From the human T2T-CHM13v2.0 reference genome, Homo sapiens: a DNA stretch of 64,000 bases. This document shows positions 27,143 through 40,760 of the stretch, in pieces. Within the stretch, counting starts at the first letter, position 1. Each line of letters opens with the position of its first letter. Location of the stretch: NCBI RefSeq assembly GCF_009914755.1, contig NC_060947.1. One strand, written 5' to 3'. The position numbers and the translations under genes are program-made. Below the pieces are notes generated by a model that was not told the origin of the DNA, did not search any database, and saw nothing but the letters and a program-made list of their open reading frames with translations.

Positions 27143-29341
27143 GACTTATTCTATTTATTCATGATGTCTCTTAAAATATCTCTCCTTGCCTGTGTTTCTC
27201 TTATCCCTGATTAATGTCTCTCCATTTTCTGGCACTTAATCTGAGCTTTGAGCATGCAAAGGACTTAGCCTTCACCTATGCTGACAGGCCATGGTATCCC
27301 TGTGCCATTTTGTGCTTTATTCATTCTGGCCTTCACATATAGCTTGGACGAAGAGTTCTAAATAGCTAAAAATGACAGAATATGAAGTTTGTCATGCTCT
27401 TTCTGTTTAAAATCAACCAAAAGATCTCCCTTTCTTTCTTCAGCAGGCAGAAGAAGTGGATTTGACTAAGCAAATTGGTAGGAGTAATTGGCATCCTTCA
27501 TCAAAGAGAGACCTCCCCACCCACCAATGTAGCCGTTAAAGACATGATTCTGTCTATTAATTCTGTAGATTTATTTTTATTATTTATTAATTCTGTAGAC
27601 TCTAAGGGTGAATTATGAAAGAACAAAAAACTCCTCCTCTGCATAATAATCAAGACCTACTAATTTCAAGGGCAAGTCTGGTTCCATGCTCTATGTTCCT
27701 CAATCTGAGTTTATAACGTATTAGGTCTGAGAAAACAAAATTTATATCTGTCTTTTGGAGATGTGCTTACTTTATGATAGACAGATAAAGAAACCAGCAG
27801 ACCCACATCTTTCACAGCTAGGAAAATAAAGAAGAAACTTAACTCAGAAGATCCATGCTCACCCTCCTTCTTTTATGGTAAATCAATTTTGTAGGAGAGA
27901 TGAACAAATCTGAAGAAGTAATCAGGAGAAAATAAGGCAAGAGAGGAATGACTGAAATCAAACCAGATTACCAGATTAAACCTGATCATCCAGAAGGTAG
28001 CAAATGGGAAGAAGTGAGGGGCCTGTAGATTTCTCTAGTAATACAGGGATGAGATTGGAGTTGGGGTTAGACAGTGTTAGACTGTGGAGGAGAATAATTT
28101 ATTCTGTCTTTTTAAGTTGAAAGTAATGGAGGGAACCCTATCAGAAATTGGAAGGCAAATGGGGTAACACTGTTCCTAGGATTTTCCAAAGTCTTGGAAA
28201 TATCCATAGAACATGATCACAGGGTCACTGTATCAGCGAAATAAATGGCTGAAATAACTCTGGTGCCCCTTATGCTTTTATTCTTTGGTCAGAGGTCCCT
28301 TCTTATCTCCATCACACAAATAAATGAAAAGTTTTATATTATAGTCTTTACGGCCCCATGAAACACATCAGCTGCATGTGCCATTCCTAGCCCACTGGAG
28401 GTCTATGCCTGTGGATGTCAAAACTGGCTTTATTTGAGATTTATGACCAATTGTTAGTTTCAAGTTAGAACCATTCCCCAACCATGGTTACTCTTGAATG
28501 GCTTCAGGGCAGAAACCAAACCTGAGTTGATAAGTGACTAATACAGGAATATTCCTCTAATGAAGAACAAGGGTGTGTGTGTGGAGGAGGCGGGAGCAGG
28601 GAACAAACTCTTCTGGTTAACTAAATATTCTGGTCAATAGAGAGGTTTCTAAGCAGTTTACCACCATTCTTGTTCTCGAGTCACTGACACTTAGAATCTT
28701 ACTTCTCCTAGAACACTATGAGGGAATATTATTACCTCTTTTCTATAGACAGAAAAACTGATGTTCAGAGAGACTAAATGACTTGCTGAAGGTAACATAA
28801 CTAATAACTGAACTGAGACTCAAAGCCCATCTTTTGATTCCAAATCCAGTTGTTATTGTTTTTTTCTAAATCAGCTATATTACTGCTCCTATAGGACATG
28901 TTTGCTCTAGAAGAAATAGAAAAATTCAGAGTTTACAAAAATGCCTTTAAATTCATCAAAACCATAGTGTAATCATGGACTCATAATAATGTCTACCATT
29001 TACTGACTTCCTATGTTCTAGGCCTTTTACGTTTGTGATTATGAATACTCCTATTTTTTGCAGGGGATAAATTGGTGATTCAGAAAAGTTGATATGCTGT
29101 ATAATTTATTTTTATGTCTTTTTTGTATTTTTATAATATGTCATAGTTGTACATATTTTGGGGGTACATGTGATATTTTGAAACATGTATAAAATGAGTT
29201 TTATGTTTATTTTTTAATTGTCTGTCTCCAAACAGTAGATTGTAAACTCCTTGAGGACATGGATTCCCAGTTCCTAGAACAGTCCCCAGTGTAAAGTAAG
29301 TCCTTTATTAAAAAAAAAAAAAAGTCTGTATTATGAGTGCT

Positions 29342-30955
29342 TGTATCAGACAATGTTCCCCAGAGAAACAACCAATAAGAGATTCTATGATTTATTTTAA
29401 GGAATTGGCTTACTTGATTCTAAGAATTGGGAGGTCCAAAGTTTCTAGGGCAAGCTGGAAACTCAGTTGATACTGTAGTTTTGACACAGAATTTCTTCTT
29501 ATTCAGGAAACCTCAGTTTTTTTTCTCCTTGTCTCTCCTTAGCTTTTATTGTTTTTTTATTTTATTATTATTATTATTTATACTTTAAGTTCTAGGGTAC
29601 ATGTGCACAACGTGCAGGTTTGATACGTAGGTATACATGTGCCATGTTGGTTTGCTGCACCCATTAACTCGTCATTTACATTAGGTATTTCTTCTAATGC
29701 TATCCCTCCCCCAGACCCCCACCCCATCACAGACCCAGGTGTGTGATGTTCCCCTTCCTGTGTCCACGTATTCTCATTGTTCAATTCCCACCTAAGAGTG
29801 AGAACATGCGGTGTTGGGATTTCTGTCGTTGTGATAGTTTGCCCAGAATGATGGTTTCCAGCTTCATCCATGTACCTGCAAAGGACATGAACTCATCCTT
29901 TTTATGGCTGCATAGTATTGCATGCTCTATATGTGCCACATTTTCTTAATCCAGTCTATCACTGATGGACATTTGGGTAGGTTCCAAGTCTTTGCTATTG
30001 TGAATAGTGCCTCAATAAACATACGTGTGCATGTGTCTTTATGGTAACATGATTTATAATCCTTTGGGTATATACCCAGTAATGGGATCACTGGGTCAAA
30101 TGGTATTTCTTGTTCTAGATCCTTGAGGAATTGCCACATTGTCTTCCACAATGGTTGAACTAGCTTACACTCACCAACAGTGTAAAAGCATTCCTATTTC
30201 TCCACATCCTCTCCAGCATCTGTTGTTTCCTGACTTTTTAATGATTGCCATTCTAACTGCTGTGAGATGGTATCTCATTGTGGTTTGATTTGCATTTCTC
30301 TAATGACCAGCAATGATGAGTATTTTTTCATGTGTCTGTTGGCTGCATAAACGTCTTCTTTTGTGATGTGACTGTTCATATCCTTTGCCTGCTTTTTGAT
30401 GGGGTTGTTTGTTTTTTTTTCTTGTAAATTTGTTTAAGTTCTTTGTAGATTCTGGATATTAGCCCTTTGTCTGATGGGTAGATTGTAAAAATTTTCTCCC
30501 ATTCTGTAGGTTGCCTGTTCACTCTGATGGTAGTTTCTTTTGCTGTGCAGAAGTTCTTTAGTTTAATTAGATCGCATTTGTCTATTTTGGCTTCTGTTGC
30601 CATTGCTTTTGGTGTTTTAGTCATGAAGTCTTTGCCCATGCCTATGTCCTGAATGGTATTGCCTAGGTTTTCTTCTAGGGTCTTTATGGTTTTAGGTCTA
30701 ACATTTAAGTCTTTAATCCATCTTGAATTAATTTTTGTATGAGGTGTAAGGAAGGGATTTTTTACCTTAAGGCCTTCAACTGATTGGATGAGGCTCACTC
30801 ACATTATTGAGGATAATCTCTGTTAGTTAAAGTCAACTGATTGTGGATGTTAACCACTTGTACAAAATACTTCCAGAAAACACCTAAATTAGTGTTTAAA
30901 TAAATAACTGAGTACTATATCCTAGGTATGTTGACATAGAAAATGAGCCTTTGCA
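29342..30955 (-). mobile_element. MLT2 (ERVL) solo LTR split by an L1 (LTR halves ~29342-29524 and ~30759-30955)
   Basis: Left half tgtatcag...ccagagaaacaaccaata...ggaaacctcagtttt; right half ttaaggccttcaactgattggatgaggc...tttgca. Degenerate 5-bp TSD gtgct/gtgtt. Confidence 0.85.
29543..30758 (-). mobile_element. 5'-truncated L1PA (PA7-like): ORF2 C-terminus, 3'UTR and A-rich tail
   Basis: Antisense tactttaagttctagggtacatgtgcacaacgtgcagg. ORF2 peptides [32 protein letters not shown] and EIPFDPVIPLLGIYPKDYKSC. Confidence 0.95.
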
Positions 30956-33339
30956 GTGTTCAAGGCCATGCAGTTAAGCAGATGGTAGTCCTGGGACTTG
31001 AATCCACGTCCCTGTGATTCTAGAGTCTATCATATTTCTGGTATATCAACAAGAATGTCTAATCTGGGAGAAATTTTATTGATCATGTAGACCAATCTTA
31101 CTATAATATATAAGGGAATACTGAAGATGGGTTGAGGAAAGAAGGGGTAAGTCACAGGAGCTTGCCCAAATTCAAGTTCAGATTCCCAGACCAGTGCTCC
31201 TTCTGTGATGACTGGGATTTTGCAGGGCCTCTTCTGAATCCCTGATGTTATGACGCAGGACTGGGTAAGGCACTGGAAACAGTGTCATTGACTGAGCTGA
31301 ATATGTGCTAAGAATAATTCAGGCCATATTCTGGAAATGTATTTTGTAAAAAGTCACTGAGCTTTTTTTGTTGCCAATTTTCAGTGTCTTCTAAAAGTTT
31401 ATCACAGACACTTAATACCAATGAATTTTACCCTGTAAAATGGTTAAAATGCTAAGTTTTATGTTATGTGTGTTTTTATACAATTAAAAAATAGTTTTTA
31501 AAAAGTTGATAATGGAATGGGGATATAAACCTGGAATCAGAATCTGGTTATTTCATTAGGAGATTTTTGTATTGGGTGCCTAATATATTTGAGGAATTTT
31601 ACATACAATGTGAGGTATGTACAACTGAGGCCTAGAAAAGTTAAACAACTTGTCCCAGCTGACATAGTTAGGAGAGAGGAGAGCCAAGACTTGAACCCCA
31701 GTATCTTGACTCCCTTCCCAGCACTATTTCAGTAGAAGCATAAAGATTAATAATGATGATAATTATAAGGCATTATATATGGAGACTTTCTGTTCAAAGG
31801 CCTCTTGGGAAGGCTAAAGTCACCTTTTGTGATTTATTTATTTATAATTAGTTATGTATAATTAGTTATAGCATTTATTATATTTATTATTAATATTTCA
31901 ACATAAATTGGTTCCTCAGACCTATTAAATTATTTGGCAAGACCCTGAAAAGATGGAACATAGCAGGTAAGGGAAGAAAGAACACCGAATTGTAGAATGA
32001 TGAAGGGCAGGCCTGATAGCGCTGCCTGGAGGAAGGCTGCAAAATTTCAGCTAAATATAACATTTTAGGGTTCACAGAGTGAAGGCGTTAGGCTCACTCT
32101 CATAGCAAAAAGGAAAGCACACTGGTTTACTGTTCAAAAGGCCTAATTGCTAGTTGTCATTCTGTCTCTAATAATCAGGTGACTTTAGGTAAATTTTTCT
32201 TTCCCCAGAACTGTTTTCCTGTTAAAAGAAAAGCAGAAATAGAACTAGTGATTCTTAACTTTTTGGATCATGGATCTTATTGAGGATTTGTTAAATTCCA
32301 TGAACTGTCTACTTGGAAAAATTCACTTACATGCCAAGTGTTACTTCATAGACTCCACTACGCTATTGCATCACATCCGCAGACACCCACTTCCATACAC
32401 ACACAGGTTGAGAGCCTTGCACAACTGACATTTTGTGCCCTAAGTTCTAACCTGAGAATGAGTGTGCAGGGTGAATGTACTGGCTCAAGGAAACTGGAGA
32501 CTCTGTGCTTAGGAGTAAACCACCCTGATAATCAGCCTTGTTGCTTTATTCATTTAGAAACCTGGGCTTGTCTTCCAGACATGCCCTTAGCTATACCTTT
32601 AATTAAACTCAGTTGCCTCCTTTAGAATGGAACCATGTCAACAAGTTCCTTTCATCATTTTGGCCAAGTAAAAAGATAAGCTAATAAGCTAATGGTACTG
32701 AGGGTTGCCTCCTTTCCACAGGTATTACTCAGTTGTTACAGTGGCTTTTTGTTTTCTGTTGTGTCTGATGGACACACATAAGGACACAGAAGTGCTTCAC
32801 AGGGAACTGATAGAGGTGAATGAGTAAGAAATCAATTCAGCTTACTGGCTAACAATGACTCAGATGGTTTAACTGGGACTGTGGTAGATGGGATGGTATG
32901 AATAGGGGCATGGGCTCATGAAGTCGTGGCAAAATAAGGAAGAGGTCCTTGAGTGTAAGTTCAGAGTCTTTTGATTGCTGATTGATTCAGATCTGCTCTA
33001 TATCTTTCAATAGCTATTTTGACTTCTCTGGCTTACATTTCCACAGTAATGCAATTTGTCCTAACTCTGCTATTGTTGGCTATATAGCCATGGCTAAGGC
33101 TCCACCTTTCTCTGAGCCTCGGCAGCCCTCTTAGTTCACTCAGATAATTTGAGACTAACTAATCATTAAATACCCCTTCAGCATTGACAATATAGCATAT
33201 TAGAACTTGCTGAGCGCTCTGCCTTCTTCATTCTCACTTTGAGATCCAGGAGCCACAGAAATACAGTCTGGAATACAGTGGGCATCAATGAATGCTTCTT
33301 GAATGAGTGAAACAAAAATAATTGTTATTTTATGATTGA

Positions 33340-33723
<384 letters not shown>

Positions 33724-35488
33724 AGAAGCTGCAGTTTTCATTGAGAGACCTGGAGAGCAAGGTCCCTGTCTGATTCATGTTTATGTCCTTGAGGTCATTA
33801 TCAATGTCATACAGCAAATAATTGATGGAGCTTGGACTCAAACCCAGGATGTCTGGCTCCAGAACCCATACTTTTAAATAGCGACAATTGATTGCTGTTC
33901 ACAAAGGGCTGCTACTCAGTAGATGTATCATAAATATTTGCAGAATTAAACAGATTTGCATTGATAAGTAGGCTAAGGCATTATGTGCCCTGGTCATGTT
34001 AATGCTTCATTAACTAAGGTAGTGAGTGGTTTTATGTCACTGGAAGACAAAGCGAAAGAATGAGCCATATGTGTAGAAGAAATGAGTTTAACTCTCAGTT
34101 TTCAAGTGCACTAGCTTTGTTAGGCTTGGATAAGTACTTACTCTCTCTGAACTTACATTTCCTCATCTATCTAGTGGAGTAAGTAACTGCAACCTCAAGG
34201 GGTTGTGGTGCACATAGTGAAATGGCAAAAATGAAAACAAACACTGGGCTTGACACACCAGAAGCCTAATACAGAGCCATACATTTTATTTTTCTTCCCC
34301 GAGGATTCGAAGGGCAAGACTCTCAGAAAGTGGGAGTCAACATGTGTAAATTGGGAAGGAGATAAAAGTGTAGTATGAAGCAAGAAAGCCAAGAAAACAT
34401 GGGCTGTGGACCTGGGGGATGAAGAAAGGAAGGGGAAGTATTGCTTTCTAGTATTGCATGCTCTGAGTTTCTCAGATTCAGAAGCTGGTCTTCAGCATGT
34501 TAAACAGCTCATTAATTTTATGATTTCTTCTCAAAGCTTTTTTTGTTCCATGGAGTATCACGTAGCCAAATGATAAAAAAGGTTTTTTCTTGTCTGAAAT
34601 ATCTGTGTTGGCATCATATAAAGCCAGAGACCCCGTAAGTTTCCTGCTGGGAGAAGTTACAAGAAGCCAAAGGTCTCCCCCTTGGGCAGGGAAGGTTCAG
34701 TACTAGATCAGTTTTTGCTCACCATTACAGTGTCTGGCACACAGTGCCCACTAATTATTTATTGAATGAATCAAAGTATTACTTTTCTTTTCAGAAGGGG
34801 TGACTTGCCAGAGCAACATTTATCTTTTTTTAAACTGTTTTGGCTGGTATTGTATAGTTATAGCCATCAACTTTGCCCTCTAGGATCCAGCAACAGAAGG
34901 CAGACAGATTGCCAAAAGAAAAAGAGGTACATGAACAAGCATTGAGCAAACACACATATTAAAGGCCCTCTTCAAGCCAAGGAGTAAGTGCCTTTTTCTT
35001 AGTCTTCACGCTCTCACTCTTTTTGTGCACTTAGTACAGAGAGGCTGGAATTTCGTAATCCAAATTCCTGGCAAATTTTCCACAATTCTGCCTTCACAGA
35101 GATGTGCAAATTAATTTAGTGAAAATGTAGCCATTGATTCACAGGCCCAAAGAACATAAGGTCTGTGAGGGCTTTTGACTTAAACTCCTTCATTGTGAGA
35201 GCAAGAGAGAAGAAGATAATTGTCCAAAGTCGCAGAGTCAGAGAGTAAGCTGGGACTTCAACTTACAGCTTCAGAACCAGTGCAGTTTCTCTTCTATCTC
35301 ATTGCCCATTGATATATAAATCACTGACGTGGGGAATATATAGTCAATCCATGTCTATATCTTAAGGCAGAACTACAGAGACCTTGATTTGCTACTACTT
35401 TACTAAGCAGGTTTGTTACATTTGCCATATTCTCCTTCTATCTTGATAATATCCTGTAAAAACAGACTTCTCCTTAATTTCTCTAGAC

Positions 35489-36200
35489 CAGAAATGTCTA
35501 GTAGACCTTTCTGTGAGTTTTATATTTGCACTATCTAATGTGATAATATTAGCCACAAAAAAACAGGGTTTATTCACTTCATCAGTAACAAATGACTCTC
35601 CATGAGAACACAAGTTTTGATCAATAGGAGCTATGTTACTTCATACAAGTAAGGAGGACACTGGGAGTATTCTCTAAAGCAATGTCTTCCTGAGGGAAAG
35701 TAACAGGATGGTTTTATGGGGTGATGGAGGGAGGAGAGGGCCCATCATTACAGGTAGAGGAAGGGTCCCAGTTGCACAGATGCAGTAAATCATTATACCA
35801 ACACGTAGGTCACATGTTATGGTAATGAAACTATAGCTTCATCCAGGGTAGAGGTTTTAGCACAGTAATGAGGAAAGTTCATTGTGATTCATCTGTAAGT
35901 TGTTGGGGTCTGTCAGAAGCTGGTTTTAACCAATGAAGTGACTGCATTCCACACAAAACTTAGGAAGAAACAGGCTACAGGGAAGGAGGCTGTAAAGTAG
36001 GCTGATCACTCAAGTTGATTAAATCTCTGGAGACCCTCCCTGTCTGCTTATACTAGCCACTAGCCACATGTGGTTTCTGAGCACTTGAACTGTGGCTAGA
36101 ACTACTGAGGAAGTAAAGTTTAAATTGCATTTAATTTTGGTTCATTTAAATTCAAATAGCTACATGTGGATGATAGTGCCTACCATGTTGAACAACACAG
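35489..36200. mobile_element. MER3 hAT-Charlie element split by the LTR (pieces ~35489-35540 and 36053-36200)
   Basis: Contains tagccactagccacatgtgg, gagcacttgaactgtggctag and aatagctacatgtgg. The upstream piece tgtctagtagacctttctg...tatatttgcactatctaat matches the MER3 start. Confidence 0.8.
35541..36052 (-). mobile_element. ERV1 solo LTR, MER67-like, inserted in a MER3
   Basis: The minus strand begins TATAAGCAGACAGGGAGGGTCTCCAG (a decayed TG start), contains AATAAA near its 3' end and ends ...ATTATCA. Confidence 0.65.
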
Positions 36201-39200
36201 CTGTGAAATCTAAATGAGAATTCCTGTTTTGCTTTTCTTCTATGACTTATGAGAATGGAGGGGGCAGAATTCTGTCAGTGTAGAATGGTAGAAAGAACTT
36301 CAAGATGAGACATACTTGAGTTCAAATCTTGGCTATATTACTCAATAACTCTCTGCCCTTAAGCAAGTCCCTTTTTAACTTGGAAACTTAGTTTCTCATC
36401 TATGAAATGTGGAGAGTAGTTCCTAACCTCACAGAGTTTTGAGGACAAACCATACGAGATTGTCTAGCACAGGACCTTGCATGAGACAGGGCTTAGGGTC
36501 TGTGAATTCTACTTTTTTTCTCTCCTTTTATTGAAGGCTACTAGTGAGCCAGGGAAGGCAGTACCAGTGGGTGTAAGAGTGGTTTTGAAGATAAGCACTT
36601 CCCAGGAAAGAAAAGGGCCCATGGTTATAGGCAGGGTGGAGAAGGAGGGTTACAGGTGGAAGCCCAGTCAACAAGGCAGGCTAGAGGAAAGCCCTATAGC
36701 GAAGGGAAGCCAAGAGTTGAGGCAAGTGAAGAACCTAGGGTTAGGAGTCCAGAGACATGAGTTTTAGATCCTACTCTACCAGTCCCTGACCTTCTCTAAG
36801 CTTCAGTGTTATCATTCATAGAATGAGGTGGTAGTGTGTCGTGGTAGTTGGGGAGAAGTACTCACTAAACTGTAAAATCTCTAAATTTCTTTCATCCTTC
36901 CATGTAACCCAGCCTGTTGTATCTATTACATTAGCAGTGTGCTTGACCCTTAGGGACCAGCCTTATCACCTGGCTCCAGAGTGGATGTTACCAGCCTCCC
37001 ATAGCAGCAAATTCTCCTCTCCAATCTTCTTAAGGCTCAATTATTAATATTCACAAAGCTCTTCCCCCAGTATCTTCTTGTAGAAATCCTCCTCACCCTG
37101 TCAGACCTCCTTAAAAGTGACCTCCTTTATAAAGCCCTGTCTGATCTGCTAAACTAAACTGACAGCTTTCTTTTTTAAGGAAGACAGTGGGCCATGGCAG
37201 GTGCACAAAATTTAGAGTTGGAAAAAACAGAATTTTAGGTAAATTACTTCATTTCTCAAGGCCTCAGTCTTCTCAACAGTAAAACAAGGGTGGTAGCACT
37301 TATATTCCAGGGTTAGTGTGAGCATTTAATTCATTTAATATGAGAAAATAAATGTGTCAGCAATTTGTAATCTGTGAAGGGCAGTACACACAGGAGAAAT
37401 TAGCTAATGAAGTTTTATTCTACTTTTCCTATACCTCTAGGGAGAAATTACTTGTCTGCTGTGTTTTAGAGTCAGATATTGACCTGTCTGTCTGCCTCCC
37501 CACATTGTGACCTCCTGAAGGGTTCAGACTGTATCTTTGTTGTGTCAGTATCCTCAGCCCCAAGGGTAGTATCTGGCACAGAGCAGATACAAAGTCAGCC
37601 TACAACAACACATTTAACCCATACAGAGATGGACCTCAGAACCAACAACATTTTATTTCATTTTATAATTCAGTCCTAAATAAACCTTTTTTCTGCACAG
37701 AAAGTACTGTTACTGTTTTGTCTTGGCTTCCAGGGAGCTCAAGATACAGCAATTATGTTTGCCATGCTAGTCTGGCTCACTCCCTCTTGGGTCTTTATTT
37801 TCTCTCTTTCATGATTCACCACGTATTGCAGGTGCTTTTGTATGTAAAATATAGCAAAACCTTTGTGGAACTGAATAGTAACTATGTCCATGAGTACTTG
37901 GGTCAGACACCCCAGATTCAAATTCTGGCTCTACTATTTTCTGGCTGAGTGACTTTGGACAAGTTATTTTATTTTTTTGATCATCATTTTCTCCCATCAT
38001 AAAATGGTGGTAAAAATTTCTAACTCAAAGTGATGTAAAATTGAATGAGGCAAGACACAGCACAAGATTCTCCTCTGTTCTCCAGATTAGGACACTGAGG
38101 CTCTGAAAAGTTCTATCACAGTTAGTAATTGATTCAAGCCCAAGATTCTCTATGTCCTATTTCTTCTGTATATTGTCCTTCAGGCCACTTGGGGAAGTAA
38201 GGTTGGGGTAAAAGAACAATAGACCCAGAGTTCTATAACCTTCACCCCCAGGATAAATTGAACTGGAGAATTTGGGGATGTCAGGCCAAAAAGCCTTCTG
38301 GAAACTGAGATAGTTGTTGTTTTTCAGTGATGGGGGAAATGGGGAGGGCTATGGATCCTAAGAACCATGTGGATAAAGAATATAAGGCTCCTTACATTTA
38401 CAATTCCTCTCCAGTTATATTATCTAATTTTAATGCTCAACACAGATTTTTGAAGAATGCAGAGCAGATTCAAATCATACAGATGAGAGCCACATTATAG
38501 AAAGGATACTGAAGCCCAGAAAGGGGAAAGGCCTGGTTTTAGCTTATGCAATGAATCTCTGCCAGAGTCATGCCTTTTTCCCCTATCTACTTTCCTCTAA
38601 GCCAAGCACTCCTTCCAGTACCCCCACAGAAAACTTTACAACAAATGGCCTTAGAGTGTTAGGTGAGAGAAGAAAGGTGGAGGCAGACAGCCTGAATAGA
38701 AAGGATAAGTACTTCACCCCCTTTCCAAGAGAAGAACATCAGCCCAGCAAGTAGCTTCCTATGTCATTCTGACTAACCCTCCATAGACTTTCCACACATG
38801 CCTTCCATTATGGACCTAGGCAAGAGGACTGCTTAGGAGGTGGAGGAGAGCAAGGCATGCCAGCAGTAAAAGGAAGCTTTTGGACTGTGTCTGAAAAACC
38901 ATGGCTGCCATTCAGGTCAACTTGGCAAATACACCCTAAGAATCTTCTCTGGGTCAGACCTTGTATGGGTCCAGTGATAACCATGAACTAGCCCTGTCCT
39001 CAGGGAGCTCCCAGTCTGGTGAGCATGACCTCCAAGATCAGCTACAGCTTTAACACTACACAGAGTGTCTAAGTGCAACAGAAGCAATGTGATAGGGCAG
39101 GAGAGAGAGGAAAACCTATAAGTACAACTGCCACCCCATCCCTTTTCCCAGGGACTACCCTAACCAAGATCGGCACAGTTCGAGGGTCCTACCCCCATCA

Positions 39201-40539
39201 GCAGGTCTGGAAGCCATAATAGTAATAATAATTATTATTATTACATTTGTGCAATGCACTAACCCAAGTATTTTTCATGTATAACTTATTCAATCCTCAC
39301 AGCAATTCTATGTAAAAAGCATGTTTTATCATTTTTTTCAGATAAGGAAGCTAATATGTAAGGAAGGCCTCAGGAGACTGCAAGGGAACTAAGTCAGCTT
39401 AATTCTGCAAACGTGCTAAATTCTGTGCTGGTGCTAGGAATACAGAGGACCATGGGAATACATAACCCCAGTAATGTGGGAGAGCAGAAAGATAAACAAT
39501 CAGACAATCACCAGTTTTATATACAGTTATATATATAGTGTCTACTATATACCAGGCACTGTGCTAAGTACTTAAGTTAGATGATAAACAGTGTTATAGT
39601 GCAGAGTGACCAATGCCGTGGCAAAAGTAAGCATGGGGGCTATGATATCGCAACTGGGAGAGTGGCATGGGGAGTCATTTAAGGGATCCTAGAGAAAATG
39701 ATCTCTGGACAATTGCTACTCTTCAGATACTTACAAAAGACTAGCCAAAGCTTGCCTTTCTTAACTAAAAAGCCAGATCACTCACCCATCCCCTCTGGCC
39801 CAAGAAAGCCCACAGTTACAGGATTTTTAGGCTTAGGCTAAGGTTGAGGGGCTTTATGCTCACAGGTAGGTCAAAGTATTAAGTTCCAGAAACCTCCCTC
39901 TCAATTCCCCTCTCCCAGGCAATATGTACAATTGGTCTATCTAGCTTGTGTTAAAAAACATTCTGCTCAATGCCTAAATAGGAAAGAAAGACCTGGCATC
40001 TCACTGCAGTGCCTGTCTCATTGTCTCCATAGGGAGTACCTTCAGACAGCTCTTGCCTGGAAGTTTTGTCTGCAGCATTTTTCTATCCTTTCATTATATT
40101 CATATTTATTATAAGGGCATAGGCAGTGTCTGAGAGTCTGTCTGCTTAGCACAGCAATGAGATTTTTTTTACAGTCATAGCAGTTTTTTGGAACAAATAT
40201 TGCAACCCTCAACAAGAATATGTGTCGGTGTATATATACACGGGCATGTGGGGAAGGGGAGAATTTTGTAAATGAATATATGCAAGAAATTGTGAGTGCT
40301 TGTAAGCATTTCTGTGTGTGTGTATGTATATGTGTGTGTATGAACATGAGCTTGCTTAGATGTCTGCAAGACTTCTTGCAAATTTCCCAAAATGATGCAC
40401 TCCATAAAATTGTCTTTCCTTCAACTTCATGGATAAAGAGATATTAAGTGATTGTTGCTAGCTGAGATGATTGCCTTCATGGGAATTATTTTCTGACAAC
40501 TGGATTAATAATAAAATAAGTGAAAATAATCACTCAATA

Positions 40540-40760
40540 TAATTGAACCAGGTGCTGTGGCAAACACTACGGATTACTTTGTTTCATTCTCAGAACCATC
40601 CTGTAAAGGAGGCACTATTTTACCCTCATTTTATGTATGAGGAAACTGAGGGCCAGAGAGATTGACTCATTTGTTCAAGGTTATGCAGCTCGGAAGTGGC
40701 AACGCTAGGATTCCAATGCAGGATTCTGATGTCAGGGATCCCACTTGTAACCATTACACT
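40540..40760 (-). mobile_element. MIR SINE
   Basis: Core ctcattttatgtatgaggaaactgagggccagagag. Confidence 0.75.

Noticed and set aside
29578-30798. ORFs of 68-140 aa, including the longest in the window
   Set aside because: These are fragments of a 5'-truncated L1 ORF2 C-terminus and 3'UTR, not a host gene.
35314-35332. TATA-like atataaa followed by TGACGTGG (UPRE/CRE-like)
   Set aside because: The arrangement is atypical (motif downstream of the TATA), the motifs are isolated and short, and no other promoter features are present.
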